Shown here: piece after piece, positions 55,586 through 64,000 of the stretch
Position numbering within the stretch: the stretch's first letter is position 1
Layout: every line of letters starts with the position of its first letter
NCBI GenBank assembly: GCA_963848815.1
Contig: CAWKFY010000033.1
Location: 23,959-87,958, forward strand
DNA from: an uncultured Chloroflexia bacterium
GTDB lineage: Bacteria; Chloroflexota; Dehalococcoidia; GIF9; UBA5629
Length of the DNA stretch: 64,000 nt
Reading direction: 5' to 3'
Made by a program: the position numbers and the translations under genes
Notes under the pieces: model-generated
Seen by the model: the letters and a program-made list of their open reading frames with translations, nothing else
Told to the model about the DNA's origin: nothing
Database searches by the model: none

Positions 55586-56111
55586 GACGCTGATAGCCGG
55601 CTTCGGCGGCCAGGGCGTGCTGTCCATGGGGTTGAACCTGGCTGAGGCGGCTATGCTGGAAGGAAAGAATGTAACTTATCTGCCCGCTTACGGGGCGGAG
55701 GTGCGCGGTGGCACAGCCAACTGTACGATAGCTATTTCCGATGATGAAATAGCTTCGCCGGTGGCGTCTTCGCCCGAGTTCGTGGTAGCTATGAACCAGC
55801 CGTCGGCAGTCAAATTCCAGCACCATATCCAGTCGGGCGGCCTGCTCTTCCTCAACTCGTCCTTGGTGGAGGTAGAGATATCCAGAGGTGATATCGAAAT
55901 AGTGCGTGTGGCGGCTAATAAAATAGCAGAGGAACTGGGCAGCCCCAGGGCGGCCAATATGGTGATGCTGGGCGCCCTTACCAGGAAAAGCGGACTGGTT
56001 GAACTTGATAGCATGATTGAGACCCTCAAGCGCATTATGGGCGCTAAAAAGAAACAGAAGCTGATTGACGTTAATGAAAAGGCCATGAGAACGGGCTATG
56101 ACCTATTTTGA
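55575..56111 (+). CDS. korC: 2-oxoacid:ferredoxin oxidoreductase gamma subunit
   Basis: 'IAGFGGQGVLSMG' at the N-terminus. Confidence 0.85.
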   Translation: MLIKTLIAGFGGQGVLSMGLNLAEAAMLEGKNVTYLPAYGAEVRGGTANCTIAISDDEIASPVASSPEFVVAMNQPSAVKFQHHIQSGGLLFLNSSLVEVEISRGDIEIVRVAANKIAEELGSPRAANMVMLGALTRKSGLVELDSMIETLKRIMGAKKKQKLIDVNEKAMRTGYDLF

Positions 56112-56132
56112 TTTGTATTTAAGGGGGAAGCC

Positions 56133-56564
56133 ATGGGCGTAAAGCAAGTATCCGTAATCCTGGAAAACGTACCTGGTGAGTTCTTATCGGTTGGAGAATG
56201 CCTGGCCAGGGAAAATATCAATATACGCGCCATATCCGTGGCCGATACATCCCAGACCAGCACGGTCAGGTTCGTTACCGATAACCCCCAGAAGACGTTG
56301 AGCGTGCTGAAAAGCAATGGCTATAATACGCTGGAAAATGATGTGATTGCCGTCGAGATCCCGGACCATCCGGGCGCACTGCGCGCCGTGCTCAAGCCCC
56401 TGCGGGAACTGAATATAAATGTGCTTTACTTCTATACCTATCTCGGGCGCGGCGAAAGCGGCCAACCGATTGTTATAATAGGGGTGGACAGGACGGAAGA
56501 AGCCGTGGAGGCTTTAAAAAAGAACTGGGTGCACACGTTCGGGAACGAGATATATTCGCTATAA
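56133..56564 (+). CDS. Tandem ACT-domain protein
   Basis: 143 aa in two halves of about 65 aa, each with an ACT-like 'ENVPG/PDHPGAL' loop. Confidence 0.6.
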   Translation: MGVKQVSVILENVPGEFLSVGECLARENINIRAISVADTSQTSTVRFVTDNPQKTLSVLKSNGYNTLENDVIAVEIPDHPGALRAVLKPLRELNINVLYFYTYLGRGESGQPIVIIGVDRTEEAVEALKKNWVHTFGNEIYSL

Positions 56565-56621
56565 GTGGTATAGTTCGATGAACTGGTATAGCTGTCGTAC
56601 CATTGGCAGTGCCTCTTATAG

Positions 56622-58550
56622 TTAACCGGAATTGCCGCCCGGGGATTTGAAAATCACGGCTGCCAGAGGCGGAATGGTGAGGTTGAGGGAATATGGCCTG
56701 GCGTGAAAAGGTATCTCCTCGGCTTGCAGGCCGCCCAGATTGCCGTGCCCGCTTCCGCCATAGTCATAGGCATCGCTATTAAGAACCTCCTGCCAGTAAC
56801 CTCCTCTTGGAACGCCTATACGGTAACCGATGTGCGGCGAGGGCGTGAAGTTGCATACCGTCAGAATGATATCTCGGGTGAAGCGGCCGCGGCGCAGGAA
56901 GCTGATTATGCTGTGCAGTGAATCGTTGCAGTCGATCCACTCGAACCCGCCGGGCTCGAAATCCAGCTCGTAAAGTGCCTGTTCGCTGCGATAGAGGCGG
57001 GCAAGGTCCTGCACCAGTTTTTGCAGGCCGCTGTGTGGCCTGTATTGCAGAAGATGCCAGTCCAGGCTGGTCTCGTGGTTCCACTCGTTCCACTGTCCTA
57101 TCTCGTCGCCCATAAACAATAATTTCTTGCCGGGCTGGGTAAACATGTAAGAGAAGAGCAGGCGCAGGTTGGCGAATTTTTGCCAGGAGTCCCCGGGCAT
57201 TTTGCCTATGAGAGAGCTCTTGCCGTGCACTACCTCGTCATGGGACAGGGAGAGCACAAAGTTCTCGGTAAAGGCATAAATCATGCGGAATGTTAGCCGG
57301 TCGTGATGAAATTTCCGGTAGATGGGGTTTTTGCTCATATAGTCCAGCATATCGTGCATCCAGCCCATGTCCCATTTCATGCCGAAGCCCAGCCCGCCCA
57401 GGTAGGTGGGGCGGCTGACCATGGGCCAATCGGTGGACTCCTCAGCAATGGTCTGCACATCGGGATAGTTTTTATAGACCTCTTCATTGAAACGGCGCAA
57501 CAGTGAGATGGCCTGCAGGTTTTCGCGTCCGCCGAACTCATTCGGTACCCATTCGCCCTTTTTCCTTGAATAGTCAAGGTAAAGCATCGAGGCGACTCCG
57601 TCTACGCGAATACCGTCGATGTGGTATTTATCCAGCCAGAACATGGCACTGCTGATGAGGAAACTGCGCACCTCGTGGCGGCCGTAATTGAATATATCGC
57701 TCTTCCAATCGGGGTGGAAACCCTTTCTGGCATCCTCATGCTCGTAGAGATGTGTGCCATCGAAGAAACCCAGCCCATGCTCGTCGGTAGGAAAATGGGA
57801 AGGCACCCAGTCAAGCATGACGCCGATATCGTGTTGATGCAGGTAGTCCACCAGATACATTAAATCCTGAGGGGTGCCGTAGCGGCTGGTGGGCGCAAAG
57901 TAGCCGGTAACCTGGTAACCCCATGACCCATAAAAGGGATGCTCCATAACCGGCATAAGCTCTACATGTGTAAATCCCATATTATTGACATACTCGGCCA
58001 GCTTATGAGCCAATTCACGATAAGTCAGCCAGCGATTATTGTCCTCGGGCACCCGCATCCATGAACCGAGGTGGACCTCGTAAATATTTATAGGCTTTGC
58101 CAGGGAGTTACGGCCTTTGCGCCCGTTCATCCATGAAGAGTCCCGCCAATCGTAGGAGAGGTCCCATATGATCGAAGCTGTTTTGGGCGGTTGTTCACTT
58201 TTGAAAGCGAAGGGGTCTGCCTTGTCTACTTGGTACCGGCGCACATTCGAATCGATGTGGTATTTATAAAGCGTCCCGCTTCGGACTCCGGGTATAAAGC
58301 CCTCCCAGATGCCCGAGCCCTTAAGCGAGCTAAGCCCGAAACCCTGTTTATCCCAGCCGTTGAAATCGCCGGCAACACTTACGTGACGGGCGTTAGGGGC
58401 CCATACTGCAAAATAGGTGCCGGTCTGACCGCCGGACGTGATGGGATGTGCTCCCAGCTTTTCGTACAGGCGGATATGGCTGCCTTCGTTGAACAGGTAG
58501 AGATCGTCATCGCTAAGAAGGCTAAAGCTGTCCCAACTTATATCAGCCAT
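56622..58550 (-). CDS. glgB: 1,4-alpha-glucan branching enzyme
   Basis: GH13 blocks 'DWVPSHF', '[10 protein letters not shown]', 'AEESTDWP' and '[10 protein letters not shown]'. Confidence 0.92.
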   Translation of the reverse strand: MADISWDSFSLLSDDDLYLFNEGSHIRLYEKLGAHPITSGGQTGTYFAVWAPNARHVSVAGDFNGWDKQGFGLSSLKGSGIWEGFIPGVRSGTLYKYHIDSNVRRYQVDKADPFAFKSEQPPKTASIIWDLSYDWRDSSWMNGRKGRNSLAKPINIYEVHLGSWMRVPEDNNRWLTYRELAHKLAEYVNNMGFTHVELMPVMEHPFYGSWGYQVTGYFAPTSRYGTPQDLMYLVDYLHQHDIGVMLDWVPSHFPTDEHGLGFFDGTHLYEHEDARKGFHPDWKSDIFNYGRHEVRSFLISSAMFWLDKYHIDGIRVDGVASMLYLDYSRKKGEWVPNEFGGRENLQAISLLRRFNEEVYKNYPDVQTIAEESTDWPMVSRPTYLGGLGFGMKWDMGWMHDMLDYMSKNPIYRKFHHDRLTFRMIYAFTENFVLSLSHDEVVHGKSSLIGKMPGDSWQKFANLRLLFSYMFTQPGKKLLFMGDEIGQWNEWNHETSLDWHLLQYRPHSGLQKLVQDLARLYRSEQALYELDFEPGGFEWIDCNDSLHSIISFLRRGRFTRDIILTVCNFTPSPHIGYRIGVPRGGYWQEVLNSDAYDYGGSGHGNLGGLQAEEIPFHARPYSLNLTIPPLAAVIFKSPGGNSG

Positions 58551-58555
58551 ATGCT

Positions 58556-61500
58556 TTACTCAGGGAATTTGAAGCCCTGCTCTTTGAAAAGGGTGACGCA
58601 TGCATCCACCACCGTTTCATCGTACAAAACTCCCCTATTCATAGTTATCTCTTCCAGGGCTTTATCGATGCCCAGGGCCGGCCGGTAAGGACGATGGGAT
58701 GTCATGGCCTCGACTACATCGGCTACGGCCAGTATCCTCGCTTCGAGTATGATTTCATCTCCTTTTATGCCCTTGGGATAGCCTGAGCCGTCCAGCCGCT
58801 CGTGATGCTGGATGATGATCCTGCAAACGGGCCAGGGGAACTTGATGGCTTTTACGATATCATAGCTGGCCGAGGCGTGTGTTTTGGCCAGGCCTCTCTC
58901 GAGATCTGACAGTTTACCGGGCTTGCTTAAAATTTCGGACGGCACATATACCTTGCCGACATCGTGCAGAAGGCCGGCCACGCGCAGCGCCTTGATCTGG
59001 TCCTCCGGCAACCCCATTTCGTTAGCGATGGCCATAGCCAACTGCGTCACCATTTTCTGGTGGCCGGCGGTATATGGATCGCGCAACTCGCTCATCATGG
59101 CGATGGCCTCGATAGTGCCCTCCAGCGTGGAGTTGATCTTTTCCAGGGCTTTATTTCGCTCCGTAACGTCTTCGGCCACGCTGTAGACTCCGACAATGTT
59201 TTCATTGACCACCACAGACAAATTCGAGATATTCAAATTACGTTTTTCGCCGCTTTTAGTGATGATGGTAACTTCATAGGTCCGTGGCTCTCCGCCTGCA
59301 GCCTTTGTAAAATTGGAACGCGCTTTCTTCAAGTCCTCGACGACAATGAGCTGCTCCGGCTGCATGCCGAGCAACTCCTCACGGGAATAGCCTGTCAGCT
59401 TGGAGGTAGCATCATTTACCCTCAGGAACGCCCCGTTAAAGTCCTGTAAATAGATGGCGACCGGATTGTACTCGAAGAGCGAACGGTAGCGCTGCTCGCT
59501 CTCTTGAAGGGCGGTCTCAGCCTTTTTACGCTCAGTTATATCATGTTCAACGCTGAGCAGAAGCTTCTCACCCTCGAACTCAATTATTCTGGTCTGGACT
59601 TCTATATTTATGATCGAGCCGTCTTTGCGGCGTTGGGCGCCCTCGAAAACTACGCATCCCATCTCCTTGATTTCCTGTTTGCGCTGCTCTAACAGGGCGG
59701 CATCTTCAGGAAAAATGAGATCGTCCAGTTTCATGGCCATCAGCTCTTCCTTTGTGTACCCCTTGGTCTTGTAGGCCGCTTCGTTGACATATTTAAAATT
59801 GCCGGCGAAATCATGCATGACAATGGAATCGGTGGAGGTGTCCAGCAGCAATGCCCTTAGCTCCAGTTGCTCCTGGGCCTTGTGATGACCGGTTACATCA
59901 CGGCTTATACCGCGAAAACCCGTCACTTCGCCGAGGTTATTTTTAATGGGATAAATCGAGTCCTCTACGTAGACCCTTGAGCCGTCCTTTTTTATATTTA
60001 TTAAAGGGAGCCACAGCACGGCCTGGCCGGTACGATAAACCTCGTTAAAAATGGCGCGGACATTTGGAATGTGCTCAGGAAGCATATACTGCCTGTAATT
60101 AAGGGTCTGCAATTCCTCCCTTGAATAACCGAGTTGCCTGCAGAGAGCGTCGTTAAAAAATGTATAATTGCCTTTCAAATCCAACTCGTAATAGACCTCG
60201 TCCATTTCTTCCAGGATGGTGCGGTACTTCTCCTCGCTCTGCCTCATGGCATCCTCGGCCAGCTTGCGGGCGGTTACATCGCTGGAGAAATACAAGACGG
60301 CAGGCTTGTTTTCCCACAGGATGGAGACGCCGCTTACCTCTATCCAGGATATGCGGCCGTCCTCCGCCTTATATCTGAGCTGGTAGGGGCCTTCAATAGG
60401 CTCGCCCCGCATACGCGCCCGGTAGCGCTCTACAGCCGCATCTATATCGTCGGGATGCAATAGCTCCTTAACACGTCTGCCGATCAGTTTTTCAACCGTA
60501 GTGTCGAATATTTTGGCAATTTTAGGATTGGCGAATTTAATTATCCCATCCTGGAGAACATGTATGCCTTCCATAGAGCTCTCTACCAGCAGCCGGTATT
60601 TCTCCTCGCTCTCCTGGAGCGCTTCAAGGGCTCTTTTGCGTTCGGTAACATCGCGGGTCATGCCGCGAAGAGCAACAATCTCACCCTCATCATTTCTTAC
60701 AGGAAAAACCGAGCCTTCAATGTAAAACAAAGTACCGTCCTTTTTATTACGGCTGAACGGGTGCCAAAGCACGGGGACCCCCGTGCGGAATACTTCTGAA
60801 AATATTTGTCTCGTGTGGGAGATGTCTTCAGCGGGCACGTAGCTCTTATAGTTCATGCTGAGAGCTTCTTCCCGTGTATAGCCCATCTGACGGCACATAG
60901 CATCATTGACGAAGGTAAAATTGCCCTTGCGATCGACTTCATAATAACCCTCGTCCATCTGTTCGAGGATATTGCGGTAGTTCTCCTCGCTTTTTCGCAG
61001 TGCGTCTTCGGCCAGCTTACGTTGCGTAATGTCGTTGGCAAAATACAGGAAGGACGGCTCGCCTTCCCACTCGATAGGGATGGCGCTTAGCTCGACCCAT
61101 ATTTGACGGTCATCTTTGGTGCGGATCCTGTATAGCGATACAGCGTCTGCCAGCTCCCCGCGCAGCCTTTGCCGGTAACGTTCTTCCATGGCCGGGCGGT
61201 CTTCGGGATCGAATAACTGCATGACGCTCTCGCCAATCAGATCATTAACTGCATAGCCTGTAAGCTCGGCCAGCCGCTTGTTAGTAAATATGATTGTCCC
61301 GGCCTTGATGACAACGATGCCTTCCAGGGAGCTCTCGACCAGCAGCCGGTATTTCTCTTCGCTCCGGCGCAGTTGGTCTGCCGTTTTCCGATGCTCAGAC
61401 ACATCGCGGCTTATGCCGCGCAAGCCTATTATCTCACCCTTCTCATCCCTCAGCGGGGAGATAGAATCCTCGACATAAATAGTTTTCCCATCTTTCCTCA

Positions 61501-63793
61501 TGTGAGTAAGCGGTAGCCAGTGCTGCGGTTTACCGGTGTTGAATACCTCCGAAAATCCTGCAACGGCCCTATGTATTTCTCCGGGTGGGATGTACGCCTT
61601 GTAGTTCAGCCCCAATAACTCTTCCCTGCTATAGCCCATTTGACGAATGAGGGCGTCGTTAAAAAAAGTAAAATTACCTTTGGAATCCACCTCATAGTAG
61701 CTGTCGTCCATCTGCTCGAGGATGGTGCGGTATTTTTCTTCGCTCTTTCGCAATGAGTCTTCCGCCAGCCTGCGCTCGGTTATATCGTTCAGGAAATTAA
61801 GCGTGGCCGGCCTGCCTTCCCATTCTATGGCGACGGCCCTGACTTCCACCCACCCAATGCTTCCATCTCTATTTTGAAGACGGAAAGCATAGTTATCTAT
61901 ATGCTCTCCCCTGAGCCGGCGTATATGGTTTTCCCTGACCATTTGCCTGTCGTCAACGTAAATGAAATCCAGGAAAGGCCGGGAGATAAGCTCGTCCCAG
62001 GTGTAGCCCATCCGTTCGGAGGTCGTGCGATTGGAGAATTTTATAGTTCCATCCTGGACTATAACTATCAATTCGACTGCGTTTTCCACCACCTTACGGT
62101 ATTTTTCTTCGCTGTCCTGCACCGCCGACTCCAGGTTCACGCGGTCTGTTATATCCCGCTGTACGATCAGCGCTGCCGGTCTGTCTTCCCATTTAATGGT
62201 CGTTGTGTGTGCCTCAACCCATCTGATGTTCCCCGATTTATCGACAACACGGTATTTATATTCGGAGGGGCCCTCTCCACCGCTCATCCTGCCCGCGTGT
62301 TTAGTCAGTATATCGGGGAGGTCGTCGGGATAAACCAGCTCCGACAAAGATTTACTCATTATTTCCTGGCCGTTGTAACCCGTTATTTTGGATAAGCCCT
62401 CCTTGGCGAATTTAATTTGGCCGTTTTGAAGTACGAAGATTTCCTCCGCAGAATTGTCGATTAGCATGCGGTATCGCTCTTCACTTTCCTCGAGGTCTTT
62501 TTCCGTCCTGTGTTGCTGCGTCATATCCCGGCCGAAAAAGGAGACACCCGTAATCTGCCCGGCGGGCGAGACTATGGGATTGACCGAGATCTCAAGGTCG
62601 ATAGGGCCGTTTTCGAAATCATAGTGTCTCTCGAAAGTAAAGCGCTCACCCTTGAAGCCCCGTTTAGAAATTTCGATCCCTGATTTTCTGCTTTCCTCCG
62701 GCAGACTGGCAAAAACATCCTCTCCCTCTCTCAAATCGATGCCGTAGGCGATAAGGAAAAGCTCCCTGGCCGCATTATTAGCCGTGATCAGACGGTTGGC
62801 GCTGTCCACTGACCAGATGGAGTCATGGGTATTCTCCATTATGGCTGTTATGCGTGACTCGCTTTCCTGAATGGCTTTGTAGGATAGAAAGCGGTCTGTT
62901 ATATCATCGAAGGTGGCGAAAACCCGGTACGGCTTTTCTTCATCTTCTCTGAACTGCGGCTGGGCGCTGACATTGACCCAGTGAAACATGCTATCCACAG
63001 GATTAAAGGCTCCCATGACCACGTCCCTGACCATTTTCCCCGTATTAAGCACCATCGCAACCGGCCGTTTATCCATCGGCAAATCCGCACCATCCTCATT
63101 GATAAATCGCCAGGCCGGATCACGTAAGGCTCTGCCGATTAACTGGTCCCTGGTGAGGCCCAGTATCCTCTCAGCTGCGGGGTTGATGGATATGACCGTA
63201 CCCTCAGCATCATAGTAGATTACGCCTTGGGCCATGGTCTCGAATAATGCTCGATACTGCGCTTCGCTGTTACGCAGGGCCTCTTCGGTCTTCTTGCGCT
63301 CCACTATCTCTTCTTCAAGATCGGCCATTTTAGCTTCGAGTTTTTGCATGAGGTTGATGCTGACCAGTTTTTCGGCATCACCGTCTTTCCTCTCCCTGGG
63401 CGGCCTGCCTCTCTTTTTAGGCTCGGGCTTACGCGCCAGTATTCCCTCCAGAGTTTTAACGAAATCATTCGGCTCCACCGGTTTACGTATGAACGCCTGC
63501 ACACCCAGCTTTAGAGCAAGCTCCTCATCTCTGGCGTCCAGGAAGGCCCCTGTAACGAAGGCGAACGGTATGTTTCTCAGTTTGACGTCGGACTTGCATT
63601 CCTGGAGCAGATGAAAACCGTCCATAATAGGCATAAGTATATCAGAAACGATGATATCTACGCTGTCGTCGTGCAGTTTCTGCAGGGCATCTTCGCCATT
63701 GGCCGCGGTTATAACGTCAAACCCCTTCCGCTCCAAGATAATCTTGAAGAGATTAAGGTTATTTGAATTATCGTCAACTATCAGGGCTCTCAT
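58556..63793 (-). CDS. Response-regulator receiver / multi-PAS (about 12) / HD-GYP c-di-GMP phosphodiesterase-type protein
   Basis: REC N-terminus ('DDNSNN...DILMPIMDG'), a long PAS array, and a C-terminal 'HDVGK' plus '[13 protein letters not shown]'. Confidence 0.9.
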   Translation of the reverse strand: MRALIVDDNSNNLNLFKIILERKGFDVITAANGEDALQKLHDDSVDIIVSDILMPIMDGFHLLQECKSDVKLRNIPFAFVTGAFLDARDEELALKLGVQAFIRKPVEPNDFVKTLEGILARKPEPKKRGRPPRERKDGDAEKLVSINLMQKLEAKMADLEEEIVERKKTEEALRNSEAQYRALFETMAQGVIYYDAEGTVISINPAAERILGLTRDQLIGRALRDPAWRFINEDGADLPMDKRPVAMVLNTGKMVRDVVMGAFNPVDSMFHWVNVSAQPQFREDEEKPYRVFATFDDITDRFLSYKAIQESESRITAIMENTHDSIWSVDSANRLITANNAARELFLIAYGIDLREGEDVFASLPEESRKSGIEISKRGFKGERFTFERHYDFENGPIDLEISVNPIVSPAGQITGVSFFGRDMTQQHRTEKDLEESEERYRMLIDNSAEEIFVLQNGQIKFAKEGLSKITGYNGQEIMSKSLSELVYPDDLPDILTKHAGRMSGGEGPSEYKYRVVDKSGNIRWVEAHTTTIKWEDRPAALIVQRDITDRVNLESAVQDSEEKYRKVVENAVELIVIVQDGTIKFSNRTTSERMGYTWDELISRPFLDFIYVDDRQMVRENHIRRLRGEHIDNYAFRLQNRDGSIGWVEVRAVAIEWEGRPATLNFLNDITERRLAEDSLRKSEEKYRTILEQMDDSYYEVDSKGNFTFFNDALIRQMGYSREELLGLNYKAYIPPGEIHRAVAGFSEVFNTGKPQHWLPLTHMRKDGKTIYVEDSISPLRDEKGEIIGLRGISRDVSEHRKTADQLRRSEEKYRLLVESSLEGIVVIKAGTIIFTNKRLAELTGYAVNDLIGESVMQLFDPEDRPAMEERYRQRLRGELADAVSLYRIRTKDDRQIWVELSAIPIEWEGEPSFLYFANDITQRKLAEDALRKSEENYRNILEQMDEGYYEVDRKGNFTFVNDAMCRQMGYTREEALSMNYKSYVPAEDISHTRQIFSEVFRTGVPVLWHPFSRNKKDGTLFYIEGSVFPVRNDEGEIVALRGMTRDVTERKRALEALQESEEKYRLLVESSMEGIHVLQDGIIKFANPKIAKIFDTTVEKLIGRRVKELLHPDDIDAAVERYRARMRGEPIEGPYQLRYKAEDGRISWIEVSGVSILWENKPAVLYFSSDVTARKLAEDAMRQSEEKYRTILEEMDEVYYELDLKGNYTFFNDALCRQLGYSREELQTLNYRQYMLPEHIPNVRAIFNEVYRTGQAVLWLPLINIKKDGSRVYVEDSIYPIKNNLGEVTGFRGISRDVTGHHKAQEQLELRALLLDTSTDSIVMHDFAGNFKYVNEAAYKTKGYTKEELMAMKLDDLIFPEDAALLEQRKQEIKEMGCVVFEGAQRRKDGSIINIEVQTRIIEFEGEKLLLSVEHDITERKKAETALQESEQRYRSLFEYNPVAIYLQDFNGAFLRVNDATSKLTGYSREELLGMQPEQLIVVEDLKKARSNFTKAAGGEPRTYEVTIITKSGEKRNLNISNLSVVVNENIVGVYSVAEDVTERNKALEKINSTLEGTIEAIAMMSELRDPYTAGHQKMVTQLAMAIANEMGLPEDQIKALRVAGLLHDVGKVYVPSEILSKPGKLSDLERGLAKTHASASYDIVKAIKFPWPVCRIIIQHHERLDGSGYPKGIKGDEIILEARILAVADVVEAMTSHRPYRPALGIDKALEEITMNRGVLYDETVVDACVTLFKEQGFKFPE

Positions 63794-64000
63794 AGAGTCT
63801 TTTTCATATAATTTGCCGGGGGAAATAAGTCTCCGGTTAAATTCCTTAACAATCGTACGTACTCACTATATTCTTCAATTAATATGTTATCCTGTCAAGT
63901 GCCGGAGATATCATTTTTTGAGGCGATCAGGGTAATAATGGACCGGGTTCCGGAGGGGAATTGCTGTTATGTTATAATTGTTCTACACGTAACTTAGCTA

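Overview
This 64-kb window looks like a chromosomal segment of a non-proteobacterial bacterium. The pathway-ordered aro cluster, the abundant PAS signalling proteins and the trehalose genes resemble Chloroflexota/Dehalococcoidia-type genomes, but that placement is inference only. There are no rRNA genes, tRNA genes, CRISPR arrays, transposases or phage genes that I can support.

Contents, left to right:
- 0-1.2 kb: a Cys-based phosphatase and a small DUF5752-like protein.
- 1.7-2.9 kb: an MFS transporter.
- 2.9-9.6 kb: a cell-envelope island. It holds two paralogous small secreted Cys-rich peptides behind a shared 40-nt upstream box, lgt, and a modular lipoprotein family with one decayed copy and one frameshifted copy.
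- 9.6-18.1 kb, minus strand: a nine-gene aromatic amino-acid operon, aroF-aroB-aroD-aroE-aroK-aroA-aroC-pheA-tyrA.
- 18.4-24.4 kb: redox, stress and ion genes (C_GCAxxG, DinB, Na+/H+ antiporter, DUF1646-like, Usp, ClC).
- 24.4-29.3 kb: a trehalose island, otsA-otsB-MscS::DUF5752x2-treT.
- 29.7-35.8 kb: TetR, CaCA, a duplicated HExxH protein, PiT, MFS and an AlkD-like gene.
- 36.1-37.4 kb: a serpin lipoprotein bracketed by small palindromic repeats.
- 37.7-42.7 kb: glpD, an AGPS-like flavoprotein and an FGGY kinase.
- 42.7-50.3 kb: an SCP2/membrane pair, GNAT, an MgtA-type ATPase and a 1083-aa multi-PAS GGDEF protein.
- 51-56.6 kb: an acyl-CoA ligase, a DUF4239-like protein, korDABC and an ACT protein.
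- 56.6-63.8 kb: glgB and a 1745-aa REC/multi-PAS/HD-GYP protein.

Main second-look items:
1. An unlisted 33-codon leader ORF with eight consecutive Phe/Tyr/Trp codons, followed by an antiterminator/terminator pair directly upstream of the aro operon. This looks like a ribosome-mediated attenuator.
2. About 19 single-nucleotide frame disruptions confined to 12.8-17.2 kb of that operon, while its flanks and two ORFs of 3-5 kb elsewhere are intact.
3. The small Cys-rich secreted peptide pair and its associated lipoprotein modules.
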